Positions 40,224-53,180 of a stretch of 64,000 nucleotides of DNA are shown here, piece after piece. Below the pieces are notes generated by a model. The model had not been told where the DNA came from, did not search any database, and was given only the letters and a program-made list of their open reading frames with translations. The position numbers and the translations under genes were made by a program. Origin of the DNA: Chrysomallon squamiferum. Its lineage: Eukaryota; Animalia; Mollusca. Within the stretch, counting starts at the first letter, position 1. The number at the start of each line of letters is the position of its first letter. The stretch covers positions 12,896,001-12,960,000 of the forward strand of contig CM022671.1 of assembly GCA_012295275.1 (NCBI GenBank), written 5' to 3'.

Positions 40224-42695
40224 TAGTCCGGGAGCAGAGAGGGTTGTCCCTGCATTGTTGTATTAAGTTGTTTTCATTGTTGATTTAGATAGCCAAGGGT
40301 CTCAATTTTCAGAAACTGCTTGATGACATGTTGTCACCCTTGAGCAATTTGAAAAATTCAAGATGGCATCCAAGATGCCATTACATATAAATGAGCATAA
40401 CCCCTACCTGTTCATCATAGGAAGGTGAGTTTTGTCTCTATTCCTAGGTTTTAGGGGTCAAGCTATCCATTAAAACTAAGTATTATGTTAATATCGTATT
40501 ACATAATGATACATTCCAAGATGGCTCCCAAGATGGCTGCTGTAACACTAAAACTGGCATATCTCCTTAACTATTTACTCCAAGTTAGTCATGAAGGTGT
40601 CTATCACTGGGTATTTTGGAGACACATCTATCTGTATCAGATCAAAGTTCCTATACTAATGATGTCATCTAGAAATCCAAGATGGCTGCCAGTTTACAAG
40701 CACTGGTATATCTTCTATACTATTCAATCTTGGGAAAAATATGAAAAGATAAACAACCACAGGTGATATATTATAACAAATGTTATTCAGTTTTAAATTT
40801 TAAAGATGAATTCTCACACAGACTACCAAAAGCATATTATACAATTCATATTTTCGGATAGTTACTGCTTCACCAAATAATTTACACTGTTTTACATTGT
40901 GTTGCCCATGTGCATTGCAAAGACATGCAATCAACCATATGTCGGGTTACAGCAACCCTGATTTTAGTAGGCGCAAAATATTGTGCATTTCATGTTTGCA
41001 GAGTTGCAACTACAAGCACGTGAACTGCATGGAGTAGTACTGTGGCATCCACATTCTGTTAGATCTGTGGGACTAGTTCGACTTCATCAGGGAAGGTGAC
41101 TGGTTGAAGGGTCTTGTTTTGGTCATCGCTTTACCCAACCATATTCCATTGAGTCCAACGCGGTTGGATTCTGCGCTTCCAGTGACTGCCATACCAAAGC
41201 CTGATGGTGAGCTCCTCTAACATTTTCACCACCAGCAACTCTTTCAGGCACCTCAACTTGGAGAATATTCTTCAAGGTATATCTCCAGTATCATCAAACA
41301 TGGACATTGGAACTGGTGCAAGTTCATGACCAAGCACATCCTTAATGTCAGTGTCACAAATTGGTATCAAAGACTTTCACAGCTCTGACCTTCACATGCT
41401 TCCTTGCATGATCCATAGTAACAACCTTCTTTGTGATGGTTTCATAAAGTCAATGCAGTAACCAACTTTTGAAAACTTTCATTTGTTCAGTCCAGATTGT
41501 GACAGCATTGTGGACATTGACTGGCCACTAACTACATTGACTATACCACTGGGGTGTGCCACAGAATCTAAAGGATTAATGCAAGTATCGAGTTTTTGTC
41601 TGATTCAGTCTCAGTCTCTCTTGTATCGAGCGATCCTGGCTTTTGCCTCTTCTTTGAGTGTTGTCACCACTTTGCTTTGAGTGTCCTTCATGAAGTGTGA
41701 CAACACCTCTTGATGTAGCTATTCCATTTCACGAAGGTAGCACGACCCATATCTCACATAGTTCACATGCCCTGCAGCAAAGAAGTGTGGTAGCATTTGC
41801 TTGTAGGTTGCCAGATGAAGGGGTTAGTCACCTTTGCGCTCAGCCCATACGAACGTCATGGTGAACATGACAGGTTTTATCAATCCATCGACCCAAAGTT
41901 TGGTAGTTTGACTCTTGCTGGCTTCAGTTTCGAGAATTTGCATGAGGTCACCACTGCAATGCAGTGGTTTATCCTGAATGATTCTGCGAAGTGCTGCTTC
42001 AGCTACCATTCGTAATGCTCTGACGTTCTGGAGAAACTGTTTTCCAGTGAGCATTTTCAACACATCACCAAACACAGAGAACATTATAACAGACCAGTAT
42101 CGGCCATCAGTGTTCCGATAGATCCACTGAAGCTCATTAGAGAGTGCATCCCTCCCAACCGTAGAATAACATTTGAGAATCTTTCTGGATAAATCCACTG
42201 AATTTCTACAGCGGCCCTGTACAGCTGCAGATCACAAGTAAAAACGACGAACTGTTGCCCAGTATTGCATGTGCAGACCTGTGCAAAGGCCACTGATGCC
42301 ATCATGGTATCTGGGTGTGACAGCTTCATGTCTATTAAGGGAAGGTAAATAGCCCTCATCTTTGGTTGTGCTGAATGATCCTGTCAATATGCAGCCCCAG
42401 TATTGTACCCATTGTACTCGGGACAATCTATACTTAGTTCTAATAGATAGCTTGACCCCTAAAACCTAGGTATAGAGATAAATCACCTTCCTAGAGTGAA
42501 CAGGTAGGGAGTTATGGTCATTTATATGTAATGGTGGCCATCTTGGACACCATCTTCAATTTCTCAAATTGCTCACGGATAACATGTCATCAAGCAGTTT
42601 CTGAAAATAGAGACCCTTGGCTATCTAAATCAACAGTAAAAAAAAACTTAATACAACAAGGTTAAGGGAAAAAATGGCAGTTGGCTCCCAGACTA
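40224..42695 (-). mobile_element. Decayed, internally deleted Academ-superfamily DNA transposon
   Basis: ~260-bp TIRs with termini TAGTCCGGGAGC and GCTCCCAGACTA. Broken minus-strand frames encode VFTCDLQLYRAAVEIQW...LRLGGMHSLMSFSGSIG, PHFFAAGHVNYVRYG, HELAPVPMSMFD, AHHQALVWQ...EYGW and a Cys-rich tail CGC...CSSRACSCNSANMKCTIFC. I recognise these as Academ-type transposase motifs. Confidence 0.8.
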
Positions 42696-43382
42696 CACTG
42701 ATTTTTGTCACTGTCTTGTATGGTATGTGTTTTTGTATGTTTGTTGTTCTTGCATATTTCTGTCTGATGTTTCAGTTTTGTGTACCCTGTGCTGTTGTTG
42801 TGTGTTTATTTTATCTGGTGATATTTGTATCTGTTTCTGTTTTGTGCTACTGCTGTCTGTGTTTTATGTCTGGTAGTGTGTTTACTTTATGTGTGTTGAT
42901 GTGTGTGTGCTATAAATGAGAATTTTGTGTTTTGTGCTTTGTGGTATGTGTCCTGTGTGTCTTGTTTTGAATGTTGTGCTGTAATGATTTTTGTCATTAT
43001 CCTGTATGATATGTGTAATGTATGTATTTTTGTATATTTGTTGTTCTTGCATGTTTCTGCCAGATGTTGTCTGTGTTTCAGTTTTGTATACCCTGTGCTG
43101 TTGCTGTGTGTGTGTTTTATCTGGTGATATTTTTATCTGTGTTTTGTGTGCCTTCTCCTTCTGCAGTCTGTGTTTTATGTTCAGTGTAGTATGTAGTGTG
43201 TGTTCTGCATGTGTGTTGATGTGTGTGTACTTTACATGAGAATTTTGTTTTTGTTTGATGTGATATGTGTCCTCTATGATATGTGTAATGTATGCATTTT
43301 TTATGTTTGTTGTTCTTGCATATATTTGTTTTTCAGTTTTGTGTACCCCATGCTCTGTGTATTTTATCTGGCGATATTTTTG
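42696..43382 (+). repeat. TG-rich complex satellite, continuation after the Academ insertion
   Basis: The same motifs recur at ~42740, ~43037 and ~43306 (period roughly 270-300 bp). Confidence 0.9.
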
Positions 43383-43947
43383 CTTCAACTGTTGATTTGC
43401 TCCATCAGAGAAAATATTAACAATGTTCAAATGACAGGAAGTAAAAACACAAAGCCAAGAAAATTCTTTTGTCTGCTTCAAATGACACTTATCACGCCTG
43501 TGTCTTTAGTCTCATGATTACATACACATTGTATTGCTCCTAATTAATACCGGCAACACCTTTCTGGAGTAGACTCTAAGGATTATATGAATTCATCTAG
43601 TGCAGAGGATTATATGCAACGGACGCGCCCGCTGACCTGTCAGAAAGCGTGCCCGTCGCAGATGTGCTTCACAACAGCTTGCTCTGATTAGCACGTTAAT
43701 TTTTTTCCTATTCCTATTCCTAGAGGATTATAGTTAAACATCAAATGCTTGTAGTCCTTTTAAGTAACATTTATATAATTCATGACAATGATGATGACAA
43801 TTTTATTTTCATGTATTACAAAAGTATAATAACAAAATTAAAATGTGCACGTGCGCACACACACACACACACGCTCACACACACATTTTATTAAAAATGT
43901 TATTTGAATGATGTTGACAATTTGTTTACAACACTAGTTGAATTTTT

Positions 43948-44421
43948 GCACAGGCTCATATTTTTACTTCAAAGTGGGTTTTTGAGGGGTATTAAATGGC
44001 CAGCCATGTCATTTGTCTACCTTTAAATGCAATGTGACCAAAATAAAATGCATTTGAAGTTCAAACATATGTTAGGTTATTTAAAAAAAAAAAGTTTGTC
44101 AAAGACTGCAACAATAGCAGATCTGCTGCTCTTCAAACCATAAACAACAACAAATAATTGTCAAATTCTAATTAACTGTTGTTGAAACTACACTGCCTTG
44201 TTTTCTCAAAGTTTTGGAGCTCAAGGTGCAAAAGAGATACATGGCTGTTGTGGACTGAACATAATGGTGCACTGGCTCATATTCTTACTTTAAAGAGGGA
44301 TTTACATACCTTCAAATGCACTGTAACTAAAATAAAATGGATTTGAAATTCTAACATATGTTAGGAATTAAACAAAAAAAATAATTAAAAATTCATCAAA
44401 GACTGCAGAAGTGGCAGATCT
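43948..44421. repeat. Diverged direct duplication (~150-175 bp, two copies)
   Basis: GCAC.GGCTCATATT.TTACTT.AAAG...AAAATAAAATG.ATTTGAA.TTC.AACATATGTTAGG...TCAAAGACTGCA...GCAGATCT at 43948-44123 and 44269-44421. Confidence 0.85.
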
Positions 44422-44747
44422 ACAAACAATCAACAGATCAGGTGGTAACAATTAAGCAGAAGTAAATCTTTGACTATAGGTTTCACAGTACCTACAGATT
44501 ATAAAGCAGAACAATATTAAGTGTCTCATGACTACAATTAAATGCATAATACACTCCCAACCCAAATGCCAGCAACCCTAAGGCAAATGAAAACCCATTC
44601 CTGATTACCGCCCTCAACGCTCCTTCATCTGTGTGTTCCTCTCTTCATCCTCCTGATGTTTTCCTCTCATGGCAGTCTTTTGCCTTCCTCAGCTGCAGAT
44701 TATAAAGCAGAACATTATTAAGAGCCTGATGACAAATTGCTACGTCA

Positions 44748-46604
44748 TTACTAATACAATACAACATAAATTACTGTTTTAATAAAAATATATTTGTTCA
44801 CTTACAGAGACCATACAAAAATATATCAATGATTGTCAAGTCACTGAAGTTTTCAAACTGTCTTGGCAGTAGAAGCATCATACTTCTATGATATGTATCA
44901 TACTGAAGCAGGAGTCAACAAAAGCTGTTACTCCAGCCAAAGGCGATAAAATAATTTGTCTGACCTCCAAGCTAAATACACTTTACAAAACCAATTTATT
45001 TCTTTAGATTCTTTTTTATTTTGTTTTTTTATTTATTTATAAATACTTATTTTCTTATTTAAAAACATCTTACAAAAAAATTGGGGTGGTTTTTGCGGGG
45101 ATTAATGTTATTTCAATTAATTTCAGTTGGGAAAATTGATTTGATTTATAAGCAAATTGAGTTATAAGCTCGACCATGGAAAGAATTAAACTCGTAAGTC
45201 AAGGTACCACTGTATTGTTTGTTATTACTTACTTATGGCTAGGCCTGTGTGATATTAAAATTCCACTTCCATTTCATACTGGACACTACTTTTACCAGTG
45301 ATCTCATTTTGCAACACAAGAGGTTTTTCATTTCAGCATAAAGGCTAAAAACACAAAGAAAACAGTTATAAAATGGGGGGTTTTAAGTAAATGATTACAG
45401 CTTCATATCTTTTCATCTGTATTTGTAAATACTGCACACCACAAAATGCCTAAACAATATTATAATTACACTATAAAAAATCATTAGGAAGATGAACTGA
45501 TATTTCAGAAAATGATATCATTAATAAATTTTTCTAAACTCATAATTACTCGGTTTAAAATAAAATTCAGAAAACAAAATAAGATAAAAATATCAAGATG
45601 GCTGACTTCTTAAAATATAGGTAATATTTCAAAATTCAAAACACTGACCATGTTATATTAAGAAAAAATATTAATAATAAAAATGGAGAGGTCTAAAAAT
45701 ATAATAAACTAAACAGTCTTTCAGCAATAAATTATAAAGAATTAAATACTATACTTTTGTAAGGAGTTCAATTTGAAAAAAATAAAGAAAAAATATCAAA
45801 GTACCTAATTTAATTAATTGTAATTAAAGGCAAAGTATATTTACCTAGACTTATTGTTTTTCAGCTGTGAGTAAATTTGTTTAATTTTTTATTGTTGTCA
45901 ATACTGACTGCCTAGTAAAACTCTCTTTTGACTAACAATTCACCCTGCCCAGCCAATGGCCAGCTTGCTATGAAACTTTTAACACGTGCCAAATAACTGG
46001 GGTGGATCCAGCTTTTCTGATGATCGGAGTCCATGACAAAAAGGACACAATAACATTATGAAAATTAACTGTTAAGGAATTTGTAAAAATCCTAAAAATC
46101 CTAAATAAAAGGGGCATTTCTCAAATTTGAGGGCCTCCTTGGACCTCCCCTAATAATAAATTGGTGAATTGCATGCTTTTCCTTTCCTTCTAATACGGTG
46201 CCATTAGCTACAGTAACAAAATACTACTACTTTCTAAACACTTACTTCTGTCAATAGAAATAAAAGGGTCAGTTCTAGCTTCAGTTTTCGGGTTAGTTTT
46301 AATATTCTTTATTTCTTTCTTTGTATTGAGAACTCTATCCATTTAACCAATATACTTGTATTTCTATAAATAACAATGTCATCATTGCTTAAATTAAACT
46401 GGATTAGTATATACTACATGTAGTGACAGGTGTCTGTTTTTCTTGCTTTCTTTTGTTTGTTCATTTGGCAAGAGTTCTGAACATTTGAAGAAATTCAAAT
46501 GAAATACCTTTTTTTTAATCTATATCTATATCTATATCTATCTATATATATATTTACTAAGAATTCATCTAATTTTGGCTTCAGGGAAAATAATAAATAT
46601 AAAT
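44748..46604 (-). repeat. Copy B of the inverted duplication of 28165-29640, with independent indels and a Tigger fragment
   Basis: Colinear reverse-complement blocks: 46545-46604~28165-28225, 46338-46432~28283-28377, 46077-46131~28670-28725, 46012-46062~29070-29118, 45520-45722~29121-29350, 44748-44862~29527-29640. Confidence 0.95.
44863..45212 (+). mobile_element. 3' half of the same Tigger-family element as 18522-19282
   Basis: Shares ACTCCAGCCAAAGG..TAAAATAAT and the same internal-deletion junction, plus the right TIR CTCGTAAGTCAAGGTACCACTG followed by TA. Confidence 0.9.
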
Positions 46605-46789
46605 TATAAAAATTGATATAATTACTTTCAGTTACTGATTGCTAGGCAATTTAGAATGTAATTAAAACCATTTTAATCCAACCCAGTATTCATTTTGGTT
46701 GTTTTTATTTTTTATTATTATTTTTTTATTTTATTATTTTTAAAATTAATTTATTTATTTACTTACTTATTTTGTTGTTCTTTGTTTTC

Positions 46790-48326
46790 AAAATGTATTT
46801 ACATAATAAAATTGATAAACAAGAAGAATGATAGCAGAGAAAAGACAGATAATTGCAATAACAACATCAGCAGAAACTATGAAGACAGCAGTCATATATT
46901 TACAAGGCAGAGATAAGCACAGGGGAAACAAAACACAGCAACAACATGGGGGCCAAAACACAGATACAAATAACACCAGATAAAAAACACTGTCATGCAA
47001 CAACAACAAAAATAAACAGTACATACAATAGAAATATAAACAGCACAAACAATGCAAACACACAACAACAATAACAAACATATATAACACATACATCAGC
47101 ACAAACCATCCTGGACAAGGCACATGATGTTGAAACATCACAGCACACCACAACAAAATTTTCACAAAACAGACACAAAGACAACATCAGACTCAAAACG
47201 CAAACATGCAAGAACAAACAACATAAAAAAATGCATACATTACAACTCCATACAGGACAAGGAACACAAAACACACATCATTCAGAACAACACACCACAG
47301 AACATGTATCACAGCACACAAAACACCAAATCGTACGCTAAAGTGCACACACACATCAACAAACATACAGTACACACACTATACCAGACATAAAACACAG
47401 ACAGCACAGGGGACACAAAATACAGATAAAAATATCACCGGATAAAAAAGACGGACAGCAACAGCATAGCATACACAAAACGGACACACAGACAACATCA
47501 AACACAAAATGCAAATATGCAACAACAACAAACATATGTAATACACACATTATACAAACCACACATGACAAGGCACAGAAAACACCAGACCAGACCACAA
47601 CATGCACCAAACATGCCATGTAGTCACGACACTGTGAAGACAACATTATGTACATCACAACAAACATAACACACAGACATACACACCACACTGGACACAA
47701 AACACAAACATGCAGCAACATGAAACATACAATAAGTACAATAGAGACACCTTGTAGGACAAAGCTTCCAATAACACAACACGTACCACATAACAAAAAA
47801 ACACGACTCTTACCCAAGCATACACAGACATATACACATACCCAGTACACACTATACACCACACTGGACATCAAAGACAGCAACAGCACAGAGGACACAA
47901 AATACAGATAAAAATATCACCCAATAAAACACATTGACAGCAACAGCAGAGGGTAAATAAAACATACACACAGAAACATCAGATGCAAACTGCAAACATG
48001 CAAGAAAAACAAAGATAAAAAAATGCATACATTACATACACCATACAGGATCAGGAACACAAAATATTATACCATAGAATTCAAAACAACACACCACAGG
48101 ATACATGCAACATCACACAAAACACAAAATTCTCATCTAAGGCACACACAACATCACACAAAACACAAAATTCTCATCCAAAGCACACACATCAGCACAC
48201 ATACTGTACATACACTACACTGGACATAAAACACAGACTGCAGCAGCACAGGGTACACAAAAGTGAAACATCAGATGCAAATTGCAAACATGTAAGAAAA
48301 ACAAATATACAAAAATGCATACATTA
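46790..48326 (-). repeat. CA-rich block, the reverse complement of the TG-rich satellite family
   Basis: For example, CCAGACCACAACATGCACCAAACATGCCATGTA (~47590) matches TACATGGTATGTTTGGTGCATGTTGTGGTCTGG (~39720). GATAAAAATATCACC occurs at 47425 and 47907. Confidence 0.9.
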
Positions 48327-48329
48327 CCA

Positions 48330-50250
48330 TCTAAGATACCATTTCATTAGGGTAAGATATCATTTAATTGAACCAGACAGAATACACAGCAGATCCAGCA
48401 TGAATATATTGGTATTAAAGTAGATACATAACTCAGAGATGTTTTATTCAGAGATTTGTACAGAGAGGATAGCGTTGGATATAAAATCCCCTTGATGAAA
48501 ATATCATATTTCATTTTGGATTTAGCAACTATACCCCATTTTCATGCTTCTCATCTTGCTTTGGTTTTGGAACACAAGTATAGTGAAATAATGTAGCTAT
48601 TTTAGAAAAAACTTATCAGGGCAGCCATTGTCAGTGTAGTGACCAGTAGATATTTGTATATATTTATATATATTTCTTCAATGTTTGCTGATAAATTGTG
48701 TACAGATCTGATTAATAGTGGAGTAGACTGATAGAGCAGATACCTCATATTTCCTCTAGATATTATATTAGTAGGGCACAAACACCAGGAGTTTGAAACA
48801 TCAACTCTATCAGTTGAGACTATAGATACCATGTGAGTAAAATATCATAAACTTATTCAGGTTTTTTACCTTTACCTTTACTATTACCTTTATAGTTTAT
48901 TATTAGCAAATAAGTAGGATGTAAATGAAACGTGTTTGGATTTTATGTTCTGTTTTATATACGGTGATGTTAATAAAATGCTTGTATACAGAAAACATAA
49001 AAGAACTGTGAATATATGTCTACAGTGTTTCCATAAATTTGGCAAGTATAATGGATAGATTACTAAAAATACTAATAACTCTATTAGTAATTAGAATGAG
49101 TATTAGAATCTTTGTTATAACATTTAACTTTAACTATCTTGCCATATGTTTTATTAATTGTAAACATAGCATCAACAAAAATATTTTAACAGTTGTGCAT
49201 ACTGGAGCATATACAGTATCACTGAAGTTTCTTACTCGGTGAATAGTACAGAGAGAATATATAATAACAAAATGAGTTTACCTAATGTTGGAGTAGATAC
49301 AGTATCATTAAGTATTAATTACTGAGTGAATTGCATAAAGACAATATACAACAGATCCAGTATGATCTTAACGTAGATACCATATCACTGTGTTAATTTA
49401 GAAAGAATATACCACCAAATGATGTGGATATACTTGGTATTAAAGTATTTATCATATGACTGAGCTGTCTTACTCTGTGTTTTGCACAGAGAGAATATAC
49501 CTCAGATCAAGTATGAATATACTGATATTAAAATAGATATCAAATCATTCAGGTATTTTACTCATTGTGTTATATGGAGAGAATACAAAACAAATCAGAT
49601 ATGAATTAACTTAATGTTGAAGTAGATACCATATTACTGAAGTATTTTACTCTGTATATATTCTGTAATAGATACTATAACACTGAGCTTTAATATTGAT
49701 GTATTGTTTTGAGAGAATATACAACTTTGAGTATGAATATACCTAATACTGAAGTAGATAGCATTTCAAAGAGGTTTTTTCTAAGATTTTTCTGGGAGTT
49801 AATATGCAACAGACTGAGTTTGACTAAATTTAATATGGAGAAGATATCCTATCATATAGGTTTCTTACTCAGTGTTCTGTATAGAAAGAATATGCAACAG
49901 ACTGAGTATGAATTTACTTAATACCAGAATAGACACTATATCATTCAGGTTCCTTACTCAGTATTTTGTACACTGAGAATATACTGTTGTAGAATTGTGT
50001 TACAGCAGTGTAATAACATGCATTTAACATCAACTATGATTGTAAACATATCAATAAAAAAATATTTTACAAACTATGCGTACTGGAGGTAGATACTAAA
50101 TTTCTTTCTCAATGGTTGCACAGAGAATTTACTAAAATTGACAGAGTATAAAAAACCGAAATAGATACCATATCTTATTTCATGTTTTGATTATAGAAAC
50201 GATACAACTGACAGAGTACGAATTTGCTTGATATTGGAGTAGATACATAC
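48330..50250. repeat. Highly degenerate tandem array with a ~85-89 bp unit
   Basis: An AGTAGATACCATATCACTGAG-like core recurs at ~49206, 49292, 49373, 49444, 49532, 49621, 49669, 49753, 49840 and 49929, usually followed by TTACTC...CAGAGAGAATATA. Confidence 0.8.
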
Positions 50251-51530
50251 AAAATAATAACTGAACATATATACATACATATACAAACTTATATTCACAC
50301 ACAAACACATACATATACATGCATACATACATAGGTACATATATACACAGATGCATACATAATACATTATTAGATAAATTTCTATATTTAGGGTACTAAC
50401 AAAAACTGCTTTTGATGATGGAATTCTTTTCACTTTGATAAATTACTTGAGTGTGTGTTTGTGTTTGTTATTATATATATATGAAAACAGTTTTCATTCA
50501 TAAAAAAATAGTTATGATCTACTGCAAAAACTAATTCTGTATGTGTGAATCTACTGCAGTTGAAAGTGGTGAGTTCATAAATAAAACAGTTAATTTCATT
50601 TAGTTTTTGTGTTATTTACAATTGCAGAATATAAAAACTCAACTGGTTACTGTCTTAAGATATCAGCTTAATCCTGCTTAGGTTGAATACCACGATGATC
50701 ACTTAATACAATAACAAGTTATTCGCGCTATAATATACTTTTCCCATCCCCTGAAATTATCACTTTATGTCACAGTAGAGCATTCGTCATTAAGACACAT
50801 TTTTGCTTAGAGTTTCGTTGAACGTCAGGTACATAATTTCTTGTGTTGAATATTTTTATTGGATGAGCTATGGGAAATATGACCTCTAAACTACCGTACT
50901 GTGTGCCACAAATGTCAGAAGAAAATCACCCCATTGTCCAGGTTAAGTTATTCCAGGGGATTTTCTACCACCACTCTCCCAGTGAGCAAAGACCCGTCTA
51001 CCGGCTGAAGTCCAACATCATAATTATTATCAGAACTACTACAACACAATATTATTAATATTATCAGATGTCATTATCATTAACAGTAGTGGTAGTAATA
51101 GTAAAGATAGTAGTAATAAGTATTACCAATTGTAGTAGCAATATATCTAGGAATTGTAGTAGTATTTTCAATGAACTTGTATAATAAACTTTATATTTCT
51201 TTTTTTTTTTTTTCTATAATTAATTCATCCAAAATCTTTTGTAAAACACTGTAACCAAGAGAAGAAGTGTCGGACGACATCTTACTTGGAATGGTTTCTC
51301 AATTGTCTTAAATGGTTGTTTGCTCAAAACAGATATTTCTTGCAAATACTTGGCGAGTGGATATATATTTTTTTTAATTATTATTATTGTTATTATTATT
51401 ATTACAGTTGGTGAATGATATTCAGGTTGGTCCATCAAATATCACAATTTGTAATGAAACATCATTTGAAACGATCACATTTGACTTCTATAATTTTCAT
51501 TTAGCACAATTAATGTTAGTTTATTTAGTA

Positions 51531-51600
51531 CACTGGTTTTCAACCTTTTTCATACCGTGACCCCTTATGAGCAACTCAATATGACCCATGACCCCCTTTA
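51531..51600 (+). mobile_element. Terminal fragment of a hAT/Charlie-type element
   Basis: CACTGGTTTTCAACCTTTTT...GTGACCCC resembles the CAGTGGTTTTCAACCT terminus. No partner end was found. Confidence 0.4.
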
Positions 51601-52029
51601 AAAATTTTGATTTAATAATATCTAGGGTTACCATATTTTCATCAACTAGTACAAAAGAAATCTATATTCACTATGACAGGTCCCAAACGTATCTATATGT
51701 TTTTATTTATTCCTCTTTCCAAGTCAAGTTGAAAAAAGCTGAAACATTCGCTCGCTCAAGAACGATCTCACCATGGAGCTTCATGAATAAAACTGACATT
51801 CGGAGTTTGGCTTTGACCTGATTCTTTCAGAGCAAGGAAAATCAACAATCATTTACTTAAGGTTTTACAAATTTTTGTGTTTCTAAAAATAAAACAACTG
51901 CTGAACCAAGTTTTATTACATCACTGCATTACAACATTACCACTGAATTTGATGTTTTCTTTCTTTCTTTATTACCATTCATCTCTGGGAACAGCCACCA
52001 AATGCCAAAATTACAGCATTGCAGACTCC

Positions 52030-52320
52030 ATTCAGTACCCATGCCAGGAACACAACACTACAAACACCACTCAGTACACGAGAGGAACACAACACTACTC
52101 AGTACACGCAAGAAATACAGCACTACAACCATCATTCAATACAGATAGCCACTATAGCCATAAGAGAACACGAATACCAGGAACATGGCAGTATAGCTGC
52201 CAGTAAATACACACTGCAGGAACATGGCAGTGAACCACTAAGACAAATCAAACACTAGAAAAACAGCACAGATGTATAAATAGCAGGAAAAACACATTCA
52301 AGAACACAGCAGAACATGAA
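52030..52320. repeat. Degenerate minisatellite (AGGAACACAGCACTAC-like)
   Basis: AGGAACACAACACTAC occurs twice, ACTCAGTACACG twice and CAGGAACATGGCAGT twice. Confidence 0.75.
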
Positions 52321-52872
52321 GTAATGGAAAAAACATGCTTAGAAGTGTCACGGAATTCAGATTGCGTAAACAAATTGTTACTTCAATCACATCCATTCTT
52401 TTTATTTTTAAGCAATGGAATTGTAATTGTGTAACTTCAGTTGTAACTACAATCATATCTGCTCTTTTTATTTTCAAATGATGGAATTGAAATTGCGTAA
52501 CTTTAATTGTTCTGATGAAGATAATGGTTAGAGAGAGTGGTTATCAATTGGAGTAAAACCAGAATGTCCCCATCTGCTGTTCCTCAATTTGATGATTGAT
52601 AGACATGCCATCACCATTTTTATGTGATTCATATGTCTAGTCTCTGTCTGCCTCGGTCTTCCAATGAACTGATTCTACTGTAACAAAGTCAAGGTCTTCA
52701 TGAAAATGGAAAATTGCAGTCGTTTGGAATCCCAAAATTACATTCTTGGAATCATAGCCAACATACACACCTCTTTCACAATAGAATACATGGAATACTG
52801 TTGATAGAAATGGTCTCTCCAGTATGAGAATGCAACAAGGCATCTATCGCTAAGTTGTAGGCACCCTTACAA

Positions 52873-53180
52873 CTAAGAGCCCAACCTAGGGGCTGTAGGC
52901 AATGTCAGCATCACAATACTGTTATCCCTAACCTGTAACATTATGAGTGATTCATGGTGGTCTAGTATGCAAATAAACTTGAGCTCTTCCGAACACTGTT
53001 GAATGATAAGGTTCATGTATTGAATGAAGAACTCTTCACTGATCCACCCGGGTTTAGCTGCATAACTGAGAGATCCAAGTGGGCCTCCCCTGATGAAGTG
53101 GTAGAGGTAGTTGAGACAAGGAAATATGAACATGGATAGTGTTATGGCACAATTTATCCCACCATCACTTTTGATCATTC
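52873..53180 (-). mobile_element. Decayed pogo/CENP-B-like DDE_1 transposase fragment
   Basis: The ORF contains MFIFP...GGPLGS...GWISEEFFIQYM...ICILDHHES...DNSIVMLTLP, matching the DDE_1 pattern GW-x3-F...L-x-LD-x-H-x-S...I-x-ML-x-LP. Confidence 0.75.

Noticed and set aside
38904-48229. Many overlapping Cys/Val/Met- or His/Thr-rich ORFs in the ORF track
   Set aside because: They are translations of the TG/CA satellite, open in several frames on both strands, with no splice or domain support.
48330-50250. CRISPR-like repeat-spacer array
   Set aside because: The context is eukaryotic, the repeats are degenerate, the 'spacers' are themselves homologous, and there are no cas genes. It is a satellite.
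50690-51005. CpG-containing patch with a possible donor CAG|GTACAT as another promoter or first exon
   Set aside because: No downstream exons found. It lies next to transposon fragments that could explain the composition.
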